From NCBI GenBank assembly GCA_963695225.1, contig OY968762.1, positions 96,001 to 160,000 on the forward strand: DNA of 64,000 nucleotides, written 5' to 3'. Under the pieces are notes generated by a model that saw only the letters and a list, made by a program, of their open reading frames with translations, ran no database searches and was not told the origin of the DNA. The position numbers and the translations under genes were made by a program. Shown in pieces: positions 30,902-44,055 of this stretch. Position 1 is the first letter of the stretch. Every line of letters begins with the position of its first letter. This DNA is from Vulcanimicrobiota bacterium (lineage in GTDB: Bacteria; Vulcanimicrobiota; Vulcanimicrobiia; Vulcanimicrobiales; Vulcanimicrobiaceae).

Positions 30902-31654
30902 TCAAGTGAGTTCGAGGTTCGCTGCTGCGGCGGCGTCCACGAACCAGTGAAGCGTTCCCGGACCTGCGGGGTGGACGACTTGAACCGGGGTCCGTACGGT
31001 ATCGTGCGGGCCCTGGATCGCTTTTTGAAGCGCTTCCGCCTTCGCGCCGCCGGCGGCCTCGATCGCGACGGCGCGGGCGGCGTTGATCGCGCGAGGCGTC
31101 AGCGTGATGCGGTGCGCGGCGAGCTTGGGCACCCACGGCGCCCGAACGAGTTTCTCGTCTTCGGCAAGCGGATCGGCTCCGGGGAAGAGGGAGGCCGTGT
31201 GCCCGTCCGGCCCCATTCCCAAGAGCACGAGGTCGAAGAAGGGCTCCTCGCCGAGTTCGGCGCGGAGCGTCTGCGCGTATGCGGCGGCGGCGAGCGCGGG
31301 ATCGATCTCGCCCATGATGCGGAAGATCTGCTGCGGCGCGATTCCGAGCGGGGCGAGCAAGGCGTCGGACGCGGTCTTGAAGTTCGATTGCGGATCTACG
31401 GGCGGCACGCAGCGTTCGTCGCTGAAGAAGAAGCGGACGCGAGACCAATCGACGCTCGAGCGGTACGGCTCCGCGGCGAGCATTGCGTAGACGGCTTTCG
31501 GCGTCGAACCGCCGGCGAGCACGACGTCGAACCGCCCGCGCGCATCGATCGCGGCGCGCGCCTGCGCGACGACGAACTTCGTGACGAGTTCGGCCAGCGA
31601 CGCCTCGTCGGCCGCGATCCGTAGCTCCGCCGGCGCGCTCAGATCTTGCGCCAT
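30902..31654 (-). CDS. pgl: 6-phosphogluconolactonase
   Basis: LAGGSTP, DERCVP, SNF, LLGMGPDGHTASLFP, RITLT. Confidence 0.93.
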   Translation of the reverse strand: MAQDLSAPAELRIAADEASLAELVTKFVVAQARAAIDARGRFDVVLAGGSTPKAVYAMLAAEPYRSSVDWSRVRFFFSDERCVPPVDPQSNFKTASDALLAPLGIAPQQIFRIMGEIDPALAAAAYAQTLRAELGEEPFFDLVLLGMGPDGHTASLFPGADPLAEDEKLVRAPWVPKLAAHRITLTPRAINAARAVAIEAAGGAKAEALQKAIQGPHDTVRTPVQVVHPAGPGTLHWFVDAAAAANLELT

Positions 31655-33213
31655 TCGCGGCCGTCTGCCACGAGCAGCGCGTCTGCGTTCTGCGGACCTT
31701 CGCTTCCGGCGAGGTAGTTTGGGAAGTTCTCGGCGCGCGTCGTCGTCCAGCGCTCGAGGACCGGCATCACGGTTTGCCAGGCGAGTTCCACCGCGTCCCA
31801 ACGCGTGAAGAGCGTGGCGTCGCCGCGGATCGCGTCGGCAATGAGCCGCTCGTACGCTGGTGCCGACGCCGTCTCGAAACCGCTGTCGTAGTTGAAATCC
31901 ATCGTAACCGTGCGGATGTGCATCTTCTGGCCCGGCATCTTCGCGTTGAAGCACAACGAGACGCCCTCGTCCGGCTGGATCTTCAGCACGAGCACGTTCG
32001 TCTTGATCTCGTCTCCCGCTTCACCGAAGAGGCGGAGCGGCAAGCCCCGGAAGTAGACCGCGATCTCGGAATTCTTGCCGGCGAGCCGCTTCCCGCTGCG
32101 CAGATAGAACGGCACGTCGGCCCAACGCCAGTTGTCTAGGAAGAGCTTGACGCAGGCGTACGTCTCGGTGTTCGAGCGCGGGTCGACGCTCGGCTCTTGG
32201 CGATAGCCGAGGACCGGCTTCCCGTTGATGAGCCCCGGGCCGTATTGCCCGCGCGCCGTCATCTTCGGCACGTCCTCGCGTTTGATCGGGCGCAGCGCGG
32301 AGAGCGCTTTGAATTTCTCGTCGCGGATCGCGTCGGCGGAGGCGGTCACGGGCGGCTCCATCGCGACGAGCGCGAGCAGATTCAGCACGTGGTTCTGGAT
32401 CATGTCGCGGAGCGTCCCGGCGCCCTCGTAGTAGCCGCCGCGCCCTTCGACGCCGACCGTCTCGGCAGCGGTTATCTGCACGCAGTCGACGTAACGCCGG
32501 TTCCAGAGCGGCTCGAAGATCATGTTCGCGAACCGCAGCGCCATGATGTCCTGCACGGGCTCCTTGCCGAGGTAGTGATCGATGCGGAAGATCTGGCGCT
32601 CCTCGAACACCTGCGTGATCTCGGCCTGCAGGCCGCGCGCGCTTTCGAGGTCGCTGCCGAACGGCTTTTCGACGACGATTCGCGTCCAGCCGAGCGGGTT
32701 GTTCTTCGGGCCGAGGCCCGCGGCATCGAGCTGCGCGACGATCTTCGTGAAGACGCCGGGCGGCGTCGAGAGGTAGAAGAGACGGTTCCCCTTCGTCCCG
32801 AGCGTCGCGTCGTTCTGTTCCAATTGCGCTTTCAGGCGCCGGAACGTTTCCACGTCGTCGAACTCGCCGCCGACGTACGTCAGGCGCCGCGCGAATTCGC
32901 TCCACCCGGGGTCCGTCGCGGCGCCGGAGCGCGAGAACGTATCGACCGAGGTCTTCACCTGCGCGCGGAAGTCGTCGTGCACGTACGGAGCGCGCGAGAA
33001 GCCGACGATCCCGAAGTTCGAGGGCAGCACGTTCTCGAGATACAGGTTGTACATCGCCGGGAAGAGCATGCGCTTCGCGAGATCTCCGGAGGCCCCGAAG
33101 AACACGATCGAACACGGTTCGGCGATCCGCAACGCGCCGTTCGTCCGGATTCCGTGGGAATCCGTCGTAACGGTCGCCGCTACGGCTGGGTTCGCCACGA
33201 GCGAATCGCTCAT
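31639..33213 (-). CDS. zwf: Glucose-6-phosphate 1-dehydrogenase
   Basis: GASGDLAKR, EKPFG, RIDHYLGKE, RDMIQNH, PFYLRSGKRL. Confidence 0.95.
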   Translation of the reverse strand: MSDSLVANPAVAATVTTDSHGIRTNGALRIAEPCSIVFFGASGDLAKRMLFPAMYNLYLENVLPSNFGIVGFSRAPYVHDDFRAQVKTSVDTFSRSGAATDPGWSEFARRLTYVGGEFDDVETFRRLKAQLEQNDATLGTKGNRLFYLSTPPGVFTKIVAQLDAAGLGPKNNPLGWTRIVVEKPFGSDLESARGLQAEITQVFEERQIFRIDHYLGKEPVQDIMALRFANMIFEPLWNRRYVDCVQITAAETVGVEGRGGYYEGAGTLRDMIQNHVLNLLALVAMEPPVTASADAIRDEKFKALSALRPIKREDVPKMTARGQYGPGLINGKPVLGYRQEPSVDPRSNTETYACVKLFLDNWRWADVPFYLRSGKRLAGKNSEIAVYFRGLPLRLFGEAGDEIKTNVLVLKIQPDEGVSLCFNAKMPGQKMHIRTVTMDFNYDSGFETASAPAYERLIADAIRGDATLFTRWDAVELAWQTVMPVLERWTTTRAENFPNYLAGSEGPQNADALLVADGREWRKI

Positions 33214-34130
33214 CCGTGCGCCGCCGGCGCCGGGCTCTCCGGTTTGATCGCGTGTCCGCCGAACTGGTTTCTCAGCGCCGCGATCACTTTCGCGCTGAAC
33301 GACTCGTCTTGCCGCGAGGCGAAGCGCGAGAGGAGCGCGAGCGTAATCACCGGCGCCGGAACGCTCTCGTCGATCGCCGCTTGCACGGTCCAGCGCCCTT
33401 CGCCGGAATCCTCGACGTAGCCGCGGATCGCGGTGAGTTTGGGATCCTCGCGCAACGCGATCTCCGCGAGCTCGAGCAACCAGGAACGAACGACGCTGCC
33501 GTGGAGCCACAGTTCGGCGAGCCGATGGAGATCGTATTCGTACGGAGATTTCTCGAGGATTTCGAAGCCCTCGCCGTAGGCCGCGAGCAGGCCGTACTCG
33601 ATCCCGTTGTGGACCATCTTCGAAAAATGGCCGGCGCCGCTCGGCCCGACGTGCGCGTAACCGTTCGGCGGCGCAAGCGTCGTGAAGACCGGCTCGCAGC
33701 GTTTCACCGCCGCTTCGTCTCCCCCGACCATCAGGCAGAAGCCGTTTTCGAGCCCCCACACCCCGCCGCTCGTTCCGGCGTCGATGAAATCTATGCCGTG
33801 CTCCTTCGCGGCGGCGTGGCGCGCCGTCGAATCCTTGTAGTTCGAGTTGCCTCCGTCGATGAGCGCGTCGCCCGGCGCGAGCAAGCGGAGCAACGTCGCG
33901 ACCGTCTCTTCCGTCGGCTTCCCGGAGGGAACCATCAACCAGACCGCGCGCGGCGGGGCGAGCTTCGCCACCAGAGCTTCGAGCGAATGCGCTCCGACCG
34001 CTCCGCCCGCCGCAGCCTTCGCGACGTTCGGGGGATTGCGATCGAACGCGACGACTTCGTGCCCGCCGCGCACGAGCCGCGTCGTCATGTTCGCGCCCAT
34101 GCGCCCTAGCCCGACCATCCCGAGTTGCAT
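33210..34130 (-). CDS. gnd: 6-phosphogluconate dehydrogenase (short, decarboxylating type)
   Basis: GLGRMGANM, IDGGNS, TSGGVWG, KMVHNGIEYG, DSGEGRWT, LRNQFGGH. Confidence 0.95.
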   Translation of the reverse strand: MQLGMVGLGRMGANMTTRLVRGGHEVVAFDRNPPNVAKAAAGGAVGAHSLEALVAKLAPPRAVWLMVPSGKPTEETVATLLRLLAPGDALIDGGNSNYKDSTARHAAAKEHGIDFIDAGTSGGVWGLENGFCLMVGGDEAAVKRCEPVFTTLAPPNGYAHVGPSGAGHFSKMVHNGIEYGLLAAYGEGFEILEKSPYEYDLHRLAELWLHGSVVRSWLLELAEIALREDPKLTAIRGYVEDSGEGRWTVQAAIDESVPAPVITLALLSRFASRQDESFSAKVIAALRNQFGGHAIKPESPAPAAHG

Positions 34131-34230
34131 GCGCTCTCCCACGTCCCGTGCGACCGGGACCACCTCAATGACCGCCGGTTACGCACGGAAAGTTCCAAAG
34201 AGAGGCGATTGCGCCGGTCCGGCGCCCCGC

Positions 34231-37062
<2,832 letters not shown>

Positions 37063-37150
37063 CACGTTCCTGCGGACGCGCGCCGCGCCGTCCGATCCCT
37101 TTCTTACCTTCGAATGTACCCGGCGCGGCGAGGAAGCGCTGCTTCCGACG

Positions 37151-39142
37151 TCAGGTTCGGGTCAAAAGTCCCGCCGCGACTTCGGCAACCCGTTCGGGGA
37201 CGAAGCCGAAAGCCTTCGCGAGATCGCCCGCAGGAGCCGACGCGCCGAAGCGGTCGAGCGCGACGACCGCACCGCGGTCCCCCGTCCAACGTTCCCAGCC
37301 GAACGAGGCCGCAGCCTCGACCGCGACGCGCGCGCCGACGCCCGGCGGGATGACCGAATCGCGATAGGCGCGATCTTGCTGCTCGAAATACTCCCAGCAT
37401 GGCATCGAGACGACGCGCGCGCGCGTCCCGTTCCCTTCTAGAAGCTTCGCCGCCTCGACCGCGAGGCTCACTTCGGAGCCCGTGGCGATCAAGACGACGT
37501 CGGGCGTTCCATCGCCGCCGTAGACGACGTAGGCGCCGCGGGCGACGTCGGCCTGGCGATCCCCGAGATAGGGAACCTTCTGGCGCGTGAGGATGAGCGC
37601 GGTCGGCCCTTCCGCCGAGATCGCGCACTTCCAGGCTTCTACCGTCTCGAGCGCGTCGGCCGGGCGGATCACGGCGAGGTTCGGCGTCGCGCGCAGCGAG
37701 GCGAGTTGCTCGACGGGCTGGTGCGTCGGCCCGTCTTCGCCGAGGTAGAACGAATCGTGCGTGAAGACGAAGACCACCTTGAGATGCGAGAGCGCCGCGA
37801 GCCGCACCGACGGCTTCATGTAGTCGACGAAATTGAAGAACGTCGCCGTGTACGGGAGCAGGCCGCCGTGCAGCGCGATGCCGTTCGCCGCCGCGCCCAT
37901 CGCATGCTCGCGCACGCCGTAGTGCACGTTCCGCCCGGCGTAGGAGCCCGGCTCGAAATCGCCCTGCCCTTTCAAGTAGGTCTCGGTCGACGGATCGAGA
38001 TCGGCCGATCCGCCCATCAGTTCGGGTAACGCCGCGGCGATCGCGTTCATCGTCTGGCCGCCGACGATCCGGGTCATCGCCGAGCCGTTCTCGGCCGTGA
38101 TCGCGGGCCAAGGGAGCGAGGCGGGGAGTTTGCCTTCCAGGATGCGCTCGTATTGCGCGGCGAGCGCCGGGTTCGCGGCTTTCCAGGCGGCGTAGGTCGC
38201 ATTCCAGGCGGCGTGCGCGTTCGCGCCGCGCGCGCCGTTCGCGCGCCACCACGCGAGAACGTCGTCGGGGACGAAGAACGCCGGCTCCACCGGCCAGCCG
38301 AGCTTCTCTTTCGTGAGCTTCACGTTGTCGGCGCCGAGCGGCGAGCCGTGCGAGCTCGCGCTATCCTGCTTGGGCGATCCGTAGCCGATGTGCGTGCGGA
38401 CGAGGATCAGCGAGGGCTTCGCCGTCTGGGCCCGCGCATTCGAAATCGCGGCATCGATCGCGGCGACGTCGTTGCCCTCTTCGATCGGGACCGTCTGCGT
38501 GTGCCAGCCGTAGGCTTCGAAACGCTTTGCGACGTCTTCCGTGAAGGTGACGCTCGTCGGGCCCGCGAGCGAGATCTGGTTGTCGTCGTAGAGCACGATC
38601 AGTTTGCCGAGCCCCAGGTGCCCGGCGAGCGAGGCCGCTTCCGCCGCGACGCCCTCCATCAGATCGCCGTCGCTCGCGAGGCAGTACGTGTAATGGTCGA
38701 CGAGCGCGTGTTGCGGCGTGTTGTAGATCGCCGCCAAATGCGCCTCCGCGATCGCCATGCCCACGCAGGTCGAGATGCCTTGGCCGAGCGGGCCGGTCGT
38801 CGCCTCGACGCCGGGCGTCAGATGGACTTCCGGATGGCCGGGCGTCGTGCTGTCGAGCTGACGGAAAGCCTTGAGATCGTCGAGCGAGACGCCGTACCCC
38901 GTCAAGTGCAGCAGCGCGTACAACAGCATCGAGCCGTGACCGGCGGAGAGGACGAAGCGGTCGCGATCGAACCAGTGCGGGTCGGCCGGATCGAACTTCA
39001 GGTGCCGCGTCCACAGCGCGTACGCCATGGCGGCGGCGCCGAGCGGCAACCCGGGATGCCCCGAGTTCGCCTTCTGGATCGCGTCGACCGCGAGGAAACG
39101 GATGGCGTTGATGCGGCGTTCGTCGTCGGCAGGTGTGGGCAC
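37151..39142 (-). CDS. tkt: Transketolase
   Basis: [52 protein letters not shown]. Confidence 0.96.
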   Translation of the reverse strand: MPTPADDERRINAIRFLAVDAIQKANSGHPGLPLGAAAMAYALWTRHLKFDPADPHWFDRDRFVLSAGHGSMLLYALLHLTGYGVSLDDLKAFRQLDSTTPGHPEVHLTPGVEATTGPLGQGISTCVGMAIAEAHLAAIYNTPQHALVDHYTYCLASDGDLMEGVAAEAASLAGHLGLGKLIVLYDDNQISLAGPTSVTFTEDVAKRFEAYGWHTQTVPIEEGNDVAAIDAAISNARAQTAKPSLILVRTHIGYGSPKQDSASSHGSPLGADNVKLTKEKLGWPVEPAFFVPDDVLAWWRANGARGANAHAAWNATYAAWKAANPALAAQYERILEGKLPASLPWPAITAENGSAMTRIVGGQTMNAIAAALPELMGGSADLDPSTETYLKGQGDFEPGSYAGRNVHYGVREHAMGAAANGIALHGGLLPYTATFFNFVDYMKPSVRLAALSHLKVVFVFTHDSFYLGEDGPTHQPVEQLASLRATPNLAVIRPADALETVEAWKCAISAEGPTALILTRQKVPYLGDRQADVARGAYVVYGGDGTPDVVLIATGSEVSLAVEAAKLLEGNGTRARVVSMPCWEYFEQQDRAYRDSVIPPGVGARVAVEAAASFGWERWTGDRGAVVALDRFGASAPAGDLAKAFGFVPERVAEVAAGLLTRT

Positions 39143-39232
39143 GCGGTCCTCCTGGGTGTGGGGTGGCTCGCTTCCTTCGCCGTCGGCGCCCGGTCTCCCC
39201 GATAAAAGTCACACTTGTGTTCGCTGCTCGGG

Positions 39233-39871
39233 TCAGCTTTGGGGATGCAGGAGCGGACTCTCGGTGAGGCCGTTCAGCATGAACTGGACGGCGAGGGCGG
39301 CGAGGATGATGCCGAGCAGGCGCGTCACGACGTGGATTCCGGTGCTGCCGACGATTCGGAGCAGCATCGACGCGCCGCGCATGCAGAGCCACGTCGCCAG
39401 GAGCGCGATGCCGAACGCCGCGTACACGACGGCGATCTTCGCGGTGTCGCCGCGGGCGAGGCCCGTCAGGAGCAAGACGGTCGCGATCGTTCCGGGCCCC
39501 GCGATCATCGGCACCGCGAGCGGGAAGACGGCCGCGTCCTCGTGCTCGGCGGCCTCCCGTTCTTCCTCGTCGGTGCGCTTCGCGCCGGTCTTGCGCGCGA
39601 ACAGCATATCGATCGAGATCAGCAGGAGCAGGATGCCGCCCGCGATCGTGAACGCCGGGAGGGTGATCCCGAGGTATTCGAGCAGCGATTTCCCGAGCAG
39701 CCCCATGAACAGGATGACCGCCGACGCGACGACGATCGCGCGGTCCACGACCCGCGCGCGCATGTTCGGCGCGGCGCCGGCCGTCGCGCTGAGCGAGAGC
39801 GGGATCATGCCGACCGGATCGATGATCGTTAACGCCGTCGCCAGCGCCGTCGCCGCAAACTTCCAGTCCAT
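39233..39871 (-). CDS. MarC-family membrane protein
   Basis: IIDPVG, AFTIAGGILL, VFPLAVPMIAGPG, TRLLGIILAALAVQ. Confidence 0.9.
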   Translation of the reverse strand: MDWKFAATALATALTIIDPVGMIPLSLSATAGAAPNMRARVVDRAIVVASAVILFMGLLGKSLLEYLGITLPAFTIAGGILLLLISIDMLFARKTGAKRTDEEEREAAEHEDAAVFPLAVPMIAGPGTIATVLLLTGLARGDTAKIAVVYAAFGIALLATWLCMRGASMLLRIVGSTGIHVVTRLLGIILAALAVQFMLNGLTESPLLHPQS

Positions 39872-39949
39872 CGTGCCTTCCCTGCAACCTCGACGCGGCG
39901 GAAGCCTCCCGCGAAGGAGATTGCCCGTCGAGCGCCTGACCCACCCGGC

Positions 39950-40807
39950 ATGCCTTCACACGAACTCGAGTCTCGCATCGCCGCGCTCGTCGCCGATCCC
40001 GCTTCCGTCACGGGTCCGGCGGGCGGCGCCGTCGACGAGACGATCGCGGCGCTCGATTCGGGCGCGCTGCGCGTCTGCGAGCCGGCCGGCGACGGTTGGG
40101 TCACGCACGCCTGGATCAAGCAGGCGATCCTGCTCTATTTCAGGCGCATGACGAACGTGCGGATCGCGCCGCCGATCGCGAGGGGCGACGACGCGACGGC
40201 GCTGCGCGGGATCCCGCCCTCGTATTTCGACAAGCTGCCCACCAAGCGCAACTACGAAGCGCTCGGCGTGCGCTGCGTCCCGCCGGGGACCGCGCGATAC
40301 GGCTCGTTTCTCGGGCGCGGCGCGATCCTGATGCCGGGGTACGTCAACATCGGAGCTTACGTCGACGAGCGTTCGATGGTCGACACCTGGGCGACGGTCG
40401 GCTCGTGCGCGCAGATCGGGAAGGACGTGCATCTCTCCGGCGGCGTCGGGATCGGCGGCGTCCTCGAGCCGCCGCAAGCGCAGCCCGTCGTGATCGAGGA
40501 CGGCGCGTTCGTCGGCTCCCGCGCGATCGTCGTCGAAGGCGTGTTCGTCGGACGCGAAGCGGTCCTCGGTGCGGGCGTCGTGTTGACCGCGAGCACGCCG
40601 ATCGTCGACGTCCGCGGGAGCGAGCCGCGCGTCACGAAGGGCCGCATCGAGCCGCGCTCCGTCGTCATCCCGGGAACGTTGCCCAAACGCTTCCCCGCCG
40701 GCGAATTCGGCGTGCCCTGCGCGCTCGTCATCGGCGAACGGAGCGCCTCGACGGACCGCAAGACTTCGCTCGAATCCGCAATCCGCGATTACGGGCTCGC
40801 CTTGTGA
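39950..40807 (+). CDS. dapD: Tetrahydrodipicolinate N-succinyltransferase
   Basis: WIKQAILLYF, YVNIGAYVDE, DTWATVGSCAQIG, HLSGGVGIGGVLEP. Confidence 0.93.
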   Translation: MPSHELESRIAALVADPASVTGPAGGAVDETIAALDSGALRVCEPAGDGWVTHAWIKQAILLYFRRMTNVRIAPPIARGDDATALRGIPPSYFDKLPTKRNYEALGVRCVPPGTARYGSFLGRGAILMPGYVNIGAYVDERSMVDTWATVGSCAQIGKDVHLSGGVGIGGVLEPPQAQPVVIEDGAFVGSRAIVVEGVFVGREAVLGAGVVLTASTPIVDVRGSEPRVTKGRIEPRSVVIPGTLPKRFPAGEFGVPCALVIGERSASTDRKTSLESAIRDYGLAL

Positions 40808-41925
40808 ATCCGGCGATCGCCGCCGTCCCCGGCTCGCAGATCCGCGCGCTCAACGCGCGCAAGAATGCGAGCTCGATCGATCTCGGCCTCGGCCAGCCGA
40901 CGCTTCGGCCCGGCATCGAACGGTTTGAACGCGCGACGGCGTGGGTTGCCCAACACGGCTGCGGCTATTCGCTCACGCTGGGGGACGTCGATCTACGCGA
41001 GCGGATCGCGGCGCACTACGCCTACCCGTGGCTCGCCTCGCGCGAGAACGTCTGCGTGACGACCGGTTCGCAAGAAGCGTTGTACGTCACGCTCAAGACG
41101 CTGCTCGATCCGGCGCTCGACGAACTCCTGATCGTCGAGCCTTCGTTCCTCGTCTACGGGAAGATCGCGCGCGTCGAAGGGATCGTCGCGCGCACGGTCG
41201 GGCTCGATCCGGCCGACGGTTTCGCGTTCGACGCGCAACGCATCCTTGCCGCGCTGACGCCGCGGACGCGGATGATCGTGATCTGTTCGCCGTGCAATCC
41301 CACGGGCCGGACGATCTCGCGCGAAGCGGTCGAGACGATTTCGCGCGCGCTCCTCGAGCGGCCCGGAGAGCCCGTCTGGGTGTTGCACGACGAGATCTAT
41401 CGCGAACTCTCGTACGCGCAAGACGAGGGGTTTTTCGCGCGCCGATATCCGTATGCGATCTCGATTAATTCGCTCTCGAAGAGCAACGCGCTGACGGGGC
41501 TGCGCCTGGGCTGGGTGATGGCGCCGGCCGAGGCGATTGGCCAGATCTCGAAGATGCACGGCTGGGCCACGTCCTGCGCGAGCACGTTCGCGCAACGCGT
41601 CGCCAACGACGTGTTCGAGCGCGAGGCGCTCGGCGAGCATCGCGCGTGGTATGCGAAACAACGGGACGGCGCGCTCGAATCGGCGCGCGCAGCCGGCCTC
41701 GAAGTCGTTCCGCCGGACGGCGCGTTCTATCTGTTCGCGAACGTCGGCGAGGAGTCGACCGCGTTCGCGGAACGGCTCCTGGCGGAGCACGACGTGGTCG
41801 CTATCCCCGGCGGCATCTTCGGGGAAACCGGTGCGACGTGGCTGCGTACGAGCTTCGTCGCGCCGCTCGAGCGCGTTCGCGAAGGGCTGCGCCGGATACG
41901 CGCGGCGATGGTCGCCCCGGCCTAG
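40804..41925 (+). CDS. PLP-dependent class I/II aminotransferase (possibly DapC-like by context)
   Basis: TTGSQEAL, SPCNPTG, DEIY, SLSKSNALTGLRLGW, GAFYLF; GTG start overlaps the dapD stop. Confidence 0.88.
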   Translation: MNPAIAAVPGSQIRALNARKNASSIDLGLGQPTLRPGIERFERATAWVAQHGCGYSLTLGDVDLRERIAAHYAYPWLASRENVCVTTGSQEALYVTLKTLLDPALDELLIVEPSFLVYGKIARVEGIVARTVGLDPADGFAFDAQRILAALTPRTRMIVICSPCNPTGRTISREAVETISRALLERPGEPVWVLHDEIYRELSYAQDEGFFARRYPYAISINSLSKSNALTGLRLGWVMAPAEAIGQISKMHGWATSCASTFAQRVANDVFEREALGEHRAWYAKQRDGALESARAAGLEVVPPDGAFYLFANVGEESTAFAERLLAEHDVVAIPGGIFGETGATWLRTSFVAPLERVREGLRRIRAAMVAPA

Positions 41926-41953
41926 GAACTCCCAGGACCGCCTCGCGGCCTTG

Positions 41954-42706
41954 CTACTTCGGGCGCGTGCGCGCTGCGAAGCGGAGGCGGACGTAATCGG
42001 CGGTCCATCGGCCGCTGCCGTCCTGCAGGCTTGGGGCGAGCAGGGCCGCCGCGTCCTCGACGATCTCGTCGCGGGCCGAGCAGTCGAGATCGTGGACGAA
42101 CGGCTGCGCGAACGTTTCGAACCAGCCGCGGATCCCGGTTGTGAGCCGGGTCGGCCGCGCAAACATGCCGATCGAGATCAGCTCGAAGTCATGCGATTCG
42201 AGCTTGATCGCGTATTCCTCGGAGGTCGGGAAATACCAGGGAAAGCGCGCGCGGAAATCGATCCCTCGCGACCGGAGCGCGGCGTGCAGCGCGGTGCAGA
42301 TCGCCGCGACGTTGCCGTGTCCGCCGAATTCGGCGACGAAGCGGCCGCCGGGGCGCAAGGCACGCCGTACGCCCGCCAGGACGGCATCCGGATCGAGCAT
42401 CCAATGCAACGCCGCATTCGAGAAGACGGCGTCGAATTCGGCCGTAAACGTCAGATCCTCGCCGCGCATCACGCGCGCGTCCAAGCCGCGCGCCGCAGCG
42501 ACCGCAATCATCTCCGGGGAACTGTCGACGGCCACGATACTGGCGCCGCTTTCGGCGAGGCGCGCCGTCAGCGCGCCGTCGCCGCAGCCGAGATCGAGAA
42601 TGCGCTCGTGGGGGCGCGGGCTCAGCAGATCGGCGACCGGCACGCCGAGTTCCGGGACGAAGCTTGCGTGCCGCGCATAGGTCTTGGGGTTCCAGACGTG
42701 CGTCAC
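41954..42706 (-). CDS. Class I SAM-dependent methyltransferase
   Basis: ILDLGCGDG, FDAVFSNAALHW, LRPGGRFVAEFGG, ADYVRLRF. Confidence 0.9.
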   Translation of the reverse strand: MTHVWNPKTYARHASFVPELGVPVADLLSPRPHERILDLGCGDGALTARLAESGASIVAVDSSPEMIAVAAARGLDARVMRGEDLTFTAEFDAVFSNAALHWMLDPDAVLAGVRRALRPGGRFVAEFGGHGNVAAICTALHAALRSRGIDFRARFPWYFPTSEEYAIKLESHDFELISIGMFARPTRLTTGIRGWFETFAQPFVHDLDCSARDEIVEDAAALLAPSLQDGSGRWTADYVRLRFAARTRPK

Positions 42707-42816
42707 GAACTCACGTCCGTTTGGCCGGCAACTTGCGAAGGAAGCGCTGCGTGCGCTCCTCGCGTGGAGCCGTAAACAGGTCGCGCGCGGCTCCTGCTTC
42801 GACGAATACGCACCGC

Positions 42817-44055
42817 TTAAGCCTGCTGCTGCGCGAGGAGTTGCTGCGCGAGATCGTCGTTTGCGGCGGCGACGGCGGCGAACGTAACGCTCGGATCAGG
42901 GACGAGCAGCGGGGTGCGCAGCGTGCGGTCGCGCACGACGCCGCCGGCCTCGTGGATGATCGCGAGCGGACCGGCGAGATCGTGCACGTGGATCACCGGC
43001 CGGTGCGTCGCAACGAACGCCGCGAGCGAACCGTCGGCGACGTGGCACAGATCGAGCGCCGTGCTTCCGCTGATCCGGAGGCGTTGCACGCCGGGAAGCG
43101 GCGCGAGCACGCTGCCGTTCGGGCTCGCGGAGCCCGCGAGCTTACCCGCCCGCACGCGAATCGGGCGGCCGTCGAGCCGGGCGCCTTCGCCCTGCGCGGC
43201 CCACCAGCGGCGTTCGCTCGTCAGATCCGCGACGAAGCCGGCGATCGCGCGCCCGTCGCGAACGAGCCCCATCGCGACCGCGTAGGCCGGATAGCCGTTC
43301 ACGAAGTTCCTGCTGCCGTCGAGCGGATCGAGCGAGATCCACGGCTGTGAGGGATCGACCGCGCGGTCTCCGATCAAGCCCGATTCCTCGCTGACGATCG
43401 GGAAGCCGAGCGCGGCGAGTTCGCGGACGGCGGCCCGCTCGGCCGCTGCGTCGGCCGCTTCCGTCGGTGCGCCGTCGGCGCCGATCCCGATCGGATCGAA
43501 CCCCGCGAGCCCGGCGAGCGCCGCCTGGACGGCGCTCGCGGCGCGCGCCGCGGCGGCGAGGAAGCGGCGTTCCGGCGTCTCCTGGGGCGCCTGCTCCGAG
43601 GGTAGCTCCCGCCGGAAGCGCGCGGCCGTCGAAAGTTCGGTGAAGCCGTGCGAACGGTAGAAGGCGTGCGCGTCCAAGCGCCACGACGAGCTTTCGACGA
43701 CGATCGCCGCGCAGCCCAAGAGCGCGGCTTCGCGCTCGATCGCGGCCGCTAGAAGGCCGCCGACGCCGCTGCGCCGTTCTTCCGGTGCGATCGCGAGCGC
43801 GCCGAGCCAGCCTTCCCGGCAATCGTGCAGCGTCGAGGGGCGCGCTTGCAACTCCGCATAGCCGACGATCGCCCCCTCCCGGTCTGCCACGAGCGCGCGC
43901 GCGTTCGAATCGGCCAGCACGGCGCCGAAGACGCGCAGCGGATCGTCGCCCGCAGCGACGTCCTCGTGGCCGCCCATCGCCGCGATCAACTGCAGGATCG
44001 CCGCTCGATCGTCCCAGCGTGCCGGACGGACGCGAACTGCGGTCAGCGTCGTCAC
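42817..44055 (-). CDS. PhnO-like GNAT acetyltransferase fused to an inositol monophosphatase/FBPase-family domain
   Basis: N-part ERRSGVG and ESSSWRLDAHAFY; C-part GADGAPTEAAD, SEE, DPLDGSRNF, HDLAG; GTG start overlaps the upstream stop. Confidence 0.8.
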   Translation of the reverse strand: MTTLTAVRVRPARWDDRAAILQLIAAMGGHEDVAAGDDPLRVFGAVLADSNARALVADREGAIVGYAELQARPSTLHDCREGWLGALAIAPEERRSGVGGLLAAAIEREAALLGCAAIVVESSSWRLDAHAFYRSHGFTELSTAARFRRELPSEQAPQETPERRFLAAAARAASAVQAALAGLAGFDPIGIGADGAPTEAADAAAERAAVRELAALGFPIVSEESGLIGDRAVDPSQPWISLDPLDGSRNFVNGYPAYAVAMGLVRDGRAIAGFVADLTSERRWWAAQGEGARLDGRPIRVRAGKLAGSASPNGSVLAPLPGVQRLRISGSTALDLCHVADGSLAAFVATHRPVIHVHDLAGPLAIIHEAGGVVRDRTLRTPLLVPDPSVTFAAVAAANDDLAQQLLAQQQA

